Source of the DNA: Alphaproteobacteria bacterium
Lineage (GTDB): Bacteria > Pseudomonadota > Alphaproteobacteria > UBA828
Assembly (NCBI GenBank): GCA_963422645.2
Contig: CAXXVO010000008.1
Coordinates: 192,001 to 256,000, forward strand
Length of the DNA: 64,000 bases
Direction of reading: 5' to 3'
Below are positions 44,638 through 53,047 of this stretch, one piece after another (the stretch's first letter is position 1; every line of letters begins with the position of its first letter). The position numbers and the translations under genes are program-made. The notes beneath the pieces were generated by a model, which saw only the letters and a list, made by a program, of their open reading frames with translations, had not been told where the DNA came from and did not search any database.

Positions 44638-45876
44638 TCACGACCCGACATAGGCGATGGCCTCGATTTCGATGAGCAGTTCCTTATAGCCGAGCCCGTT
44701 GACGCGGACGGCGGTGCCGACCGGCCCGGGGTCCGCGAGATAGTCCATGCGGACTTTCGTCATCGCTTCCCAGAAATCCTGCAACGCCTGGCCCTCGCCG
44801 TCATAGTCGTAATAGGTGTTGAGGCGCACGATGCTGTCCAGGTCCGCGCCGGCCTCCTTCAGCACCGCGCGGATATATTCGAACGTGTTGCGGGTCTGCG
44901 TGGCGATGTCGCCGGCGCCGATGGCGCGGCCCTTGCTGTCGGCAGACACCTGGCCACCGACAAAGATATAGTCGCCGACTTTCCAGCCCTGCGACATGGG
45001 GACCGGTATGCTCCAGTCCCAATGGTTGGCCGGCATCAGGCGTTGCTTGTCTTTCCCCGTATAGGCGATGCCCTCGATCTCGATCACCAGGTCCTCGTAG
45101 GCGAACCCGTTGACGCGCACCGCGGTGCCGGCCGGGCCGGGATCGGCCAGGTAGTCCAGACGAACGCGGGTCATGTCCTCCCAGAAGAGTCTGAGATCCT
45201 CGCCCTCGCCCTCGAACTTGTAATAGGTGTTGAACTTGATCAGTTCCTCCAGATCCGCGCCGCCCTCCTGCAGCGTGTTCTGGATATGGCCAAAGATGTT
45301 TCTGATCTGCTGCTTGATGTCGCCCGGCGCGACGGTGCGGCCCCTGTCATCGGCCGAGATCTGTCCGCCGACGAATATGAGATCGTCCACCTTCCAGCCC
45401 TGGGAGAAGGAGACCGGAATGCTCCAGTCCCAATGATTGGGCGGCATCAGCCGCAATTTTTTGCGGCCGACAATGGCGATGGCCTCGATTTCGATCAGCA
45501 GGCCCTCATAGGCGAAGCCTTTGACCCGCACGGCCGTCCCGACCGGGCCCGGGTCGGCCAGATACTCCTTCCTGACCTCGGTCATCACCTCCCAGAAGCG
45601 GGTGATATCAGCGCCCTCGCCGTCGTATTGGTAGTAGGTGTTGAGCTTCACGATGTCGGAGAGATCGCCGCCGGCCTCCTCGAGCACGCGTTTGATGAAC
45701 TCGAACGTGTTGAACGTCTGGACCTCGATGTCGCCTTCCCCGATCGTCCGGCCCTGCGCATCGGCGGAAACCTGCCCGCCGACGAAGATGACGTCGTCGA
45801 TCTTCCACCCCTGCGAAAAGGGCACGGGCATGCTCCAATCCCAGTGATTCGCGGGCATCAGTCGTGTCTTGGTCAT
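44638..45876 (-). CDS. Protein of three tandem Rid (YjgF/YER057c/UK114) domains
   Basis: Three repeats of about 137 aa: RLMP.NHWDWS.PV..SQGWK..D.IFVGGQ...IEIE.IA. Confidence 0.9.
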   Translation of the reverse strand: MTKTRLMPANHWDWSMPVPFSQGWKIDDVIFVGGQVSADAQGRTIGEGDIEVQTFNTFEFIKRVLEEAGGDLSDIVKLNTYYQYDGEGADITRFWEVMTEVRKEYLADPGPVGTAVRVKGFAYEGLLIEIEAIAIVGRKKLRLMPPNHWDWSIPVSFSQGWKVDDLIFVGGQISADDRGRTVAPGDIKQQIRNIFGHIQNTLQEGGADLEELIKFNTYYKFEGEGEDLRLFWEDMTRVRLDYLADPGPAGTAVRVNGFAYEDLVIEIEGIAYTGKDKQRLMPANHWDWSIPVPMSQGWKVGDYIFVGGQVSADSKGRAIGAGDIATQTRNTFEYIRAVLKEAGADLDSIVRLNTYYDYDGEGQALQDFWEAMTKVRMDYLADPGPVGTAVRVNGLGYKELLIEIEAIAYVGS

Positions 45877-45923
45877 GGCAGCGTGACCTCGTGGTTCATG
45901 GTGAATGGCCGAGACGCTTCATC

Positions 45924-46847
45924 CTATCGTGCTCCGGCACGCACCAGCCGCGTCTTCGGATCGAGCGCGTCGCGCAGGCTGTCGCCGAGCAGGTTGAAAC
46001 CCGTGACCATGAGAAAGATCGCCACCCCCGGCAGAGTAGAGACATGGGGGGCGATGTGAAGCACGGTGCGGCCGTCGCTCGTCATGATGCCCCACTCGGG
46101 CGTCGGCGGCTGCACGCCCAAGCCGAGGAAACTCAAGCCCGCCGCCGTCACCACGATCGTGCCCACGATGGTCATGGAATAGACGACCGATGCGGAAACG
46201 ACATGGGGCAGCATCTCGACGAAAAGAATCTTGAAGTCGCTGGTGGCATCGGCGCGCGCCGCCTCGATGTAGCCCTGCTCCTTCTGCGCCAGCGCCTGCA
46301 CATAGACGACGCGCGTGTTGTAGGGGATCAGGACCACGACGAGTGCAATGATCAGATTGCCGAGCCCCGGCCCCATGAAGAAGGAGAGCGTGATCGCCAG
46401 CAGCACCATGGGGAAGGCGAAGAGCACATCCATGGAGCGCATGATGAAATAGCCGACACGCTCGTAATAGGCGGCGATGGTGCCAAGCGGTATCGACAGC
46501 AACGCGCCGAGCACGACCGGGGTGACGCCGGCGATGAGGGAGTAGCGGGTGCCGTAGATCAGGCGGGAGAGAATATCGCGTCCCTGCTGGTCCAACCCGA
46601 GAATGTGGCCCTCGGTGCCCGGTCCTCGCAGCCGCAACCTGGGATCGGCATACTGCGGGTCGTAGGGCGCAATGTAGGGCGCGAACAGCGCGCAAATGAC
46701 GAGAACCAGGATGATCAGGGCGCCGGCCATTCCGTATGGATCGTTGCGGATACCGCGCCAGACGAAATAGAGCGACGAGCGCGCACGTTCCGAATCCACC
46801 CTGTGGCGGGAGCGCTTCAATGCGCTCTTCTTCCGGCTTCTGCTCAT
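45924..46847 (-). CDS. Peptide/nickel-type ABC permease (DppC-like)
   Basis: HILGLDQQGRDILSR, MDVLFAFP, YIEAARA, LSFLGLG..PP.PEWG, GDSLRDALDP. Confidence 0.93.
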   Translation of the reverse strand: MSRSRKKSALKRSRHRVDSERARSSLYFVWRGIRNDPYGMAGALIILVLVICALFAPYIAPYDPQYADPRLRLRGPGTEGHILGLDQQGRDILSRLIYGTRYSLIAGVTPVVLGALLSIPLGTIAAYYERVGYFIMRSMDVLFAFPMVLLAITLSFFMGPGLGNLIIALVVVLIPYNTRVVYVQALAQKEQGYIEAARADATSDFKILFVEMLPHVVSASVVYSMTIVGTIVVTAAGLSFLGLGVQPPTPEWGIMTSDGRTVLHIAPHVSTLPGVAIFLMVTGFNLLGDSLRDALDPKTRLVRAGAR

Positions 46848-46868
46848 GGCCGTTCGACTCCGCCCTTG

Positions 46869-47039
46869 CTACTTCCGGGTGGTGTCGAGAGCGTAGACGA
46901 TGATGTCGGCCATCATGTTGCCCAATACGAAAATCACGGCGACGGCAAGCACGCAGCCCTGCACCATCGTCAGATCGCGGTGAAGGATCGACTGGTAAAG
47001 CTGCAGCCCGAGTCCCGGCCAGTTGAAGATAATTTCCGA
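46869..47039 (-). pseudogene. C-terminal remnant of a DppB-like ABC permease, truncated by the IS66-type element
   Basis: Manual translation EIIFNWPGLG..LYQSILHRDL.MVQG...NMMADIIVYALD; the sequence breaks exactly at the IR at 47040. Confidence 0.85.
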
Positions 47040-47361
47040 GTAACTACCCAGGTACCCCGCCGCCAGTTCTGAGTGCGTGCTGATGTTGCTTGCCGTCGGT
47101 GCCGTTTCGCCGTCGGCGCGTCGTTGATCCCCGCTTGACTGTATAGGTTCTCTCGCCTATGGGTTGCACTCTCGCATGAGAGGAGCAGCCGGTGGGGTAT
47201 TTCGGGTCGAAGGCGACGACCGGTCTGAGCCAGGCGCTGATTGCGCTGATGCCGCGGCACTCTGTCTATATCGAGAGCCATCTTGGGGGCGGGGCGCTGA
47301 TGAAGCGCAAGCCTGCGGCCATGCGCTCGATCGGGATCGACCGCGACGAGCGGGCGCTTGA

Positions 47362-49520
47362 CCCAGGTTGGCACTTTTTGTGTTCTGCTGTCGTTTATCG
47401 CTTTGATATGGCGCAATATTTTTCTCTGCCGATTCCAACATGGCACTACATTTTGTGAGATTCTGTCAGCTCGTCAGGCGGGTCCTCGTGCGGTGGATGG
47501 CGGGGTCAACACCCGCCGCCGAGGAGATTTGGGCGACCTCGGCGGCCGGGCGCGTGTCCTGGCGGTTGACGATCAAGGTGCCGTCGGTCTGGCGCAGTCG
47601 CGTGGTGATCCGCACCCAGGTCCGCATGCCCTCGCGGATCGATGCCCAGCACTTGTGGATGCCCCGCGCGGCCAGTCGGGTACGGATCAGATGCACGGCG
47701 TGATAGGCCAGCACGGCGATCAGCAGGTGGGCCGCGATGCGACGGTCGAGCTGGTGCCAGATCGGGCGAAGGCCGAGCTCGGATTTCAGGCTGCGGAAGG
47801 TGGCCTCGATGTCGGTGATGCGCCAGTAGGTCCGCAGGATCGTCTCGATATCCCAGTCGACGTGGCTGGTGCGCAGCACATAGGCGCCGGCGCCCTCGTC
47901 GGCCTCGTCGTATTGCGGCCTGCGCTTGAAGCGCACGGCGGCGGCGTTGGGGCCGGTTTTCGCCTTCTCGACCGTGACCTCGTAGTGTCTGGCGACGGTG
48001 GAGAAGCGCTGCTTGAGACGGCCAATGCTCTCCAGCACCCTGTCGTAGCGCTTGAGGCGGCCCTTGACCGGCAGGCCGCTATGGAGCCTTTCCAGCGCCG
48101 CCTCGAAGCGGTTCCGCCTGAGGCCGATGATCGCGTTCTCGGCCTTCTTCTTGCCCTCGCTGACGACGTAGAGCCGCGCCTCGCCGTCCTCGCTGGCAAG
48201 CCGCCAGGCGCGCACCTCGTGCCGCGCGCTGGTGATCAGCAGAGCCTCGGGCCCGCCCTCGGGCAGCGGCGGCCTGGCGCCGCGGCTGACCGCGATCCAG
48301 TCGTAGCCCTGCTCGCCCAGCCACGCGACGTTCTCCTCGGTGGCGATGCCCGCGTCCATGACCACCGTGGGCTTCGGCGCCGTGCCGCCGCACACCGCCT
48401 CGAGCCTGACCAGCGCGTCCTCCAGCGTGCCCGGCTCGCTCACGTTGCCCGGCAGGATCTCGCAACTGCGCGGGAAGCCTGCGCCGTCGAGCGCCAGCGC
48501 CAGCGTGATCAGCGGACAGTCGTCGCGCTTCTGCTTGGAGCGCCCGAACCTGGGAAGCTGGCCGTGGGTGTGGCCGTGGTAGTGGACATTGGTGAGATCG
48601 TAAAAGGCGATCGTTTCGGGCAGGTCGAGCAGCGCGCGCTCGCGGTTGAACAGCTCCCGCTGAATGGCGGCCCGGTGGCGCCAGAGCAGGTCGCCGATGC
48701 GGTAGAGCGTCTTGCGCCGCAGCGCCTTGCGGTCGCCCTCCAGCCCCAGGAGCTCGGCGGTCGCGCTGTCGCGGCGCAGCCAGCGGCTGGTGTCACGCTC
48801 GCTGGCGGGATGGACCATCCTGGCGACGATCAGCGCGCTGGCGATGCGCCCGTCGCGGCCCTTGATATCGAGGCCGTGGAGGATGTCGGCGAAGCCGAGG
48901 TCGTCGAGGGCCTTGAGGCACAGGCGCTCGCAGCCGACCGTGCGCGGGTTCTCGTGCTCCAGGGTATCGAGGTCGACGGTGGCGATGTCGGGCTTGCGCG
49001 CCTCTTCCTGTATCGCCTCGGGGCGGAACCCCCTGGCCCTGAGCTTGGCGACGATGTCCTCGGCTGCGGCCTGCACGTCCGGCGCGGCTTCGAGCAGCGG
49101 CGGGCGGCCGTTGAGCAGCGCCTCGGCGAGTCCGGCAACTTCGCGCCATTTCTCCTTCGGCACCGGATAGTCGGTGCCGAGGTTGAGAAGCGTGCGCTGC
49201 CTGACCTTGTCGCCGATGCGCTGCGAGAGCACGAGGCGATGGCTGCGGACCGGCTTGCCTTCGGTAGTGTGGGTCTTGGTTGCCCTGATGAACATGTCGC
49301 CCGGCACGTTTTGGTCGTGGCGGGTTCAGATATGTCGGCTTTGGTGGTGGGGTCAAGGGAAATCCTGCAAACCCACCATTCCCTGGCACTACAAAGGGAG
49401 TTCGAGACGGCAATCGCAAATGTAGGGGCGTGCCCTTCTCGTCAACGCTATATCTGGTGTGTCAGCCGGAAAAACCTGGCCAATTCGGCCCCGAACAAAC
49501 GGAAAAAGTGCCAACTTGGG
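47362..49520 (-). mobile_element. IS1634-family insertion sequence
   Basis: 18-bp IR CCCA(G/A)GTTGGCACTTTTT; TTGA duplicated at 47358-61 and 49521-24. Confidence 0.9.
47466..49295 (-). CDS. IS1634 transposase
   Basis: KVRQRTLLNLG, YDLTN, GRSKQKR.DCP, VMDAGIA, IEATFRSLKSELGLRPI.H. Confidence 0.92.
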   Translation of the reverse strand: MFIRATKTHTTEGKPVRSHRLVLSQRIGDKVRQRTLLNLGTDYPVPKEKWREVAGLAEALLNGRPPLLEAAPDVQAAAEDIVAKLRARGFRPEAIQEEARKPDIATVDLDTLEHENPRTVGCERLCLKALDDLGFADILHGLDIKGRDGRIASALIVARMVHPASERDTSRWLRRDSATAELLGLEGDRKALRRKTLYRIGDLLWRHRAAIQRELFNRERALLDLPETIAFYDLTNVHYHGHTHGQLPRFGRSKQKRDDCPLITLALALDGAGFPRSCEILPGNVSEPGTLEDALVRLEAVCGGTAPKPTVVMDAGIATEENVAWLGEQGYDWIAVSRGARPPLPEGGPEALLITSARHEVRAWRLASEDGEARLYVVSEGKKKAENAIIGLRRNRFEAALERLHSGLPVKGRLKRYDRVLESIGRLKQRFSTVARHYEVTVEKAKTGPNAAAVRFKRRPQYDEADEGAGAYVLRTSHVDWDIETILRTYWRITDIEATFRSLKSELGLRPIWHQLDRRIAAHLLIAVLAYHAVHLIRTRLAARGIHKCWASIREGMRTWVRITTRLRQTDGTLIVNRQDTRPAAEVAQISSAAGVDPAIHRTRTRLTS

Positions 49521-50019
49521 TTGAGGCCTTTGGCTGCGACTACCCGGTGGAGTTGGTGCCCGGCTGCGCCCATTCCTTCCTGGCCTCGTTCCCGTTTCTG
49601 GGCCCGGAGCTGGTCTACAGCGATCCGCCCTATCTGCACGCGACCCGGCGTTCGTCGCAGCGCTACCGCTTCGAGTACGAGGAGGCCGACCACGTCGCGC
49701 TCCTCGAACTGCTCAAGGGTCTGCCCTGCCAGGTGATGGTCTCGGGCCACCCGTCTGCGCTCTATGACGAGCTGCTGGCGGGCTGGCGCCGGCTGGCGCT
49801 GCAGGTGACGACCCAGGCCCAGGTGCGGACCGAGGTCGTGTGGTTCAACTTCGTGCCTGACCGGGTGCACTGGGCGAGCTTCGCCGGCCGGAACTTCACC
49901 GAGCGCCAGTGCATCAAGCGCAAGGCGGCCAACTGGGGCCGGCGCTACGAGGCCATGCCGGCGGGCGAACGCCTGGCGGTGCTGGCCGCGATCATGGCCG
50001 TCGAGGCCGACGAGGGTTC

Positions 50020-51561
50020 GTGACAGTGTCGCGCTGGCACGAGGACCTCGCTGCCCACGACGAGGCCTTCGCGTGCCTGCAGGACCTTTTCACCCCACAA
50101 TCCTTCGCAATGACCGCCGTCAAAGCCATTCGGGAATGGGGCCAGAGGTTGCTGCGCCTGAGCGCGGCCCTGGTCAAGGAGAACGACGCGCTGGAGCGGG
50201 AGAACGCCCGCTTGCGCGAGCGGATCGCCGAACTCGAGCGCAGCGCCGCGCTCGACAGCACCACCAGCTCCAAGCCGCCGGCCAGCGACGGTCTGAAGAA
50301 GAAGAGCGGTGACCGGGAGAAGCGCACCCGGAGCCAGCGCGGCAAGTCCGACAGGCCCAGTGGCGGCCAGCCGGGCCACAAGGGAACTACCCTGGAGCGG
50401 ACCGCGACGCCCGACCATGTCGTCGATCATGATCCGTCCGCCTGTGAGGGCTGCGGCGCGCCGCTGTCGGACGCTGACCGTCACGGAGCCCCCGTCTGCC
50501 GGCAGGTCTTCGATGTGCCCGAGCCGCAGCCCCTCGAGGTCACCGAACATCGCGGCCATCGTTGCCTCTGCGCTGCCTGCGGCACCGTGACGACAGCCGT
50601 CTTCCCGAACGGCGTGAGCGCACCGGTCCAATACGGGCCGCGCATCACCGCGTGGGTGACCTACCTGCTGCACGCTCAGTTCATTCCCGAGAAGCGGGTC
50701 GCCGAGGTCATGAGCGACCTCTTCGCGGTCAAGCTCTCAACAGCCACCATCGTCGCCATGGGAAGGCGCACCGCCCGGCGCTTCGAGGGCTTCCTCGATC
50801 GCCTCGCGGAGATCATCCGCACCGCAGCCCCAGTCAAACACCTCGACGAGACCGGCATCCGCATCGCCGCCCGGACCCATTGGCTCCATGTGCTGTGCAC
50901 CCCGTTGCTCACCATCCTGCGCGTCGCCACCGGGCGCAGCCACATCGACGAGAAGCTCAACGGCATCGTCATCCATGACGACTACGCCACCTACTTCGCT
51001 CTCGAGGGCGTGCGCCACGGGGCCTGCAACGCCCATCACCTGCGCGAGCTCCAAGCCCTCATCGAGATCGAGAAGGAAGACTGGGCAACGAGCACGCACC
51101 GGCTCCTCATCCGTGCCAACAGAGCCGCCCGCTTCGCCCACAAGAACGACCGCGACGTGCCCGCCTCACTGGTGGCCCGCATCTCGCGAGCCTGGGACCG
51201 CATCCTCGAACGTGCCATCGCCTCTCACGAAGAAATGCCACCGCTCCAGACCGGAAAGCGCGGACGACAAAAGCGCCGCATCGGTCACAACCTCGCCCTC
51301 CGACTCCAGAAGTACAAGGAGGGGTGCCTGCGCTTCCTCACCGATCCGCGAACCCCCTTCTCCAACAACGAGGCCGAGCGCGACCTCCGAATGGGCAAGC
51401 TGCGCCAGAAAATCTCAGGCGGCTTCCGCTCGATACAAGGCGCCCGCGACTTCGCAAACCTGCGATCCGTCATCGCCACCGCTCGAAAACAGCGCTGGAA
51501 TGTCCTCGAAACCCTGGCGCACCCCGATCCAATCCAGCTGATCCCCGTATTGCGCTTCTGA
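50020..51561 (+). CDS. IS66-family transposase (element A)
   Basis: Coiled coil, SSKPPASD, GGQPGHKG, CxxC pairs, DETG, CNAHHLREL, NNEAERDLR; GTG overlaps the MTase stop. Confidence 0.93.
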   Translation: MTVSRWHEDLAAHDEAFACLQDLFTPQSFAMTAVKAIREWGQRLLRLSAALVKENDALERENARLRERIAELERSAALDSTTSSKPPASDGLKKKSGDREKRTRSQRGKSDRPSGGQPGHKGTTLERTATPDHVVDHDPSACEGCGAPLSDADRHGAPVCRQVFDVPEPQPLEVTEHRGHRCLCAACGTVTTAVFPNGVSAPVQYGPRITAWVTYLLHAQFIPEKRVAEVMSDLFAVKLSTATIVAMGRRTARRFEGFLDRLAEIIRTAAPVKHLDETGIRIAARTHWLHVLCTPLLTILRVATGRSHIDEKLNGIVIHDDYATYFALEGVRHGACNAHHLRELQALIEIEKEDWATSTHRLLIRANRAARFAHKNDRDVPASLVARISRAWDRILERAIASHEEMPPLQTGKRGRQKRRIGHNLALRLQKYKEGCLRFLTDPRTPFSNNEAERDLRMGKLRQKISGGFRSIQGARDFANLRSVIATARKQRWNVLETLAHPDPIQLIPVLRF

Positions 51562-51996
51562 AATCCTGCGCTGCTCCGGGAAAGCGCCGCCTGACCCCTG
51601 GCTGGTCAGAACCATCAATCCATCACGTCCGAGTGCTCGGCAGAATCAGACCTGGGCAGTTACCATTGCTTGCGATATGGTCTCTCGCTCAGCCCCTGCC
51701 GCACACTCTTGAACTGAACAAACTGAAGACGTTACAACAGTTGCAATTGGCATCTTGCACGCATGGAGTCGTTCCATACTGTGAATACCTGCGCCTTATT
51801 TCCTCTCCGGCAATGGTGAACGCAGCCGAGAGGAGTCACCCGAGGGCCAATGCTAGGATGAGCTGGCGGCAATGTCTGAACTGCGATCCCATAGCCTCAA
51901 TACAGTATTTCTCGCAATGCTCTTTGGCTCTCTAGTACGAATTGCTCCATGGACGTACCATCTTAATGCAACCGCTGATCAGACAGGAAGCGCACA

Positions 51997-52136
51997 ATGA
52001 TGGACCTCATGCTTGACTTCTACCGCTTTTATGTACCACTCTTTAGTGCAGAAAAAGAGACTGAAAACTACTTCGCCTACAAAAGTATAGATGTTAAAGG
52101 CTTCAAGGGTCTAGATCATGTTTCTCTAAATTTTTC
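51997..52136 (+). pseudogene. N-terminal fragment of an OLD-like ATPase
   Basis: AT-rich; ...YKSIDVKGFKGLDHVSLNF matches the start of SMC/OLD-type ATPases; cut by the IR at 52137. Confidence 0.65.
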
Positions 52137-52381
52137 GTAACTGCCCAGGTCGTCTGATTTGTCATTTTGGGCCAGTGGATTGAGGCGTTTCTCGTTCGGA
52201 GTTGGTGGAAAGGGCTTGACGGGAATTTCGGGAAATGACGTAACTACCCAGGTACCCCAATCCTGAGTTGAGGACGGTGATTATGGCGGCGGCCGCGGCC
52301 TGGTTCTGCCACCGCGATTGGTTCTTGACCTCATAGAGTTGCGGGACTATGGACTGCTCTCTCGCGTGACGGGAGCGGTCC

Positions 52382-53047
52382 ATGGGGTATTTCGGCTCGA
52401 AGGCGACAGCAGGTCTGTGCCAAGCGCTGATTGCGCTGATGCCGCCGCACTCCGTCTACATCGAGAGCCACCTTGGGGGCGGGGCGCTGACGAAGCGCAA
52501 GCCGCCGGCCGTGCGTTCGATCGGCATCGACCGCGATGCGCAGGCGCTCGAGGCCTTCGTCTGCGACTACCCGGTCGATCTGGTTCACGGCTGTGCCCAT
52601 GACTTCCTGGCCTCGTTCCCGTTCCTGGGCCCGGAGCTGGTTTACAGCGATCCGCCCTATCTGCACGCGACCCGCCGCTCGGCGCAGCGCTACCGCTTCG
52701 AGTACGAGGAGGCCGGCCACGTCGCGCTTCTCGCGCTGCTCAAGGCTCTGCCCTGCCAGGTCATGATCTCGGGCCATCCGTCGGCGCTCTATGACGAGGT
52801 GCTGGCGGGATGGCGCCGGCTGGCGCTGCAGGTCACGACCCAGGGTCTGGTGCGAACCGAGGTCGTCTGGTTCAACTACGCCCCCGACCGGATGCATTGG
52901 GCCAGCCACGCAGGCCGGAACTTCACCGACCGCCAGCGCATCAAGCGCAAGGCAGCCAACTGGGGCCGGCGCTACCAGGCCTTGCCGCCGGGCGAACGCC
53001 TCGCCGTGCTCGCCGCCATGATGGCCGTCGAGGCCGAAGACACGTGA
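52382..53047 (+). CDS. Compact DNA adenine methyltransferase (221 aa)
   Basis: YFGSK, YIESHLGGGA (SAM-binding motif I), GIDRD, YSDPPY (motif IV), MISG. Confidence 0.88.
   Translation: MGYFGSKATAGLCQALIALMPPHSVYIESHLGGGALTKRKPPAVRSIGIDRDAQALEAFVCDYPVDLVHGCAHDFLASFPFLGPELVYSDPPYLHATRRSAQRYRFEYEEAGHVALLALLKALPCQVMISGHPSALYDEVLAGWRRLALQVTTQGLVRTEVVWFNYAPDRMHWASHAGRNFTDRQRIKRKAANWGRRYQALPPGERLAVLAAMMAVEAEDT

Larger units (their letters stand above)
47192..50023 (+). pseudogene. DNA adenine methyltransferase split by IS1634
   Basis: 47192-47361 (GYFGSK..IESHLGGGA..GIDRD) joins 49525-50023 (DPPY) in frame as ERALEAFGCDY. Confidence 0.9.
47040..51663 (+). mobile_element. IS66-type element A: methyltransferase (interrupted by IS1634) + transposase
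   Basis: Ends GTAACTACCCAGGT / ACCTGGGCAGTTAC; same layout as element B; flanks not duplicated. Confidence 0.88.

Noticed and set aside
44638-45876. Nucleotide repeats as a CRISPR or non-coding array
   Set aside because: They are in-frame protein domain repeats of about 410 bp. No CRISPR array or cas gene was seen in the window.
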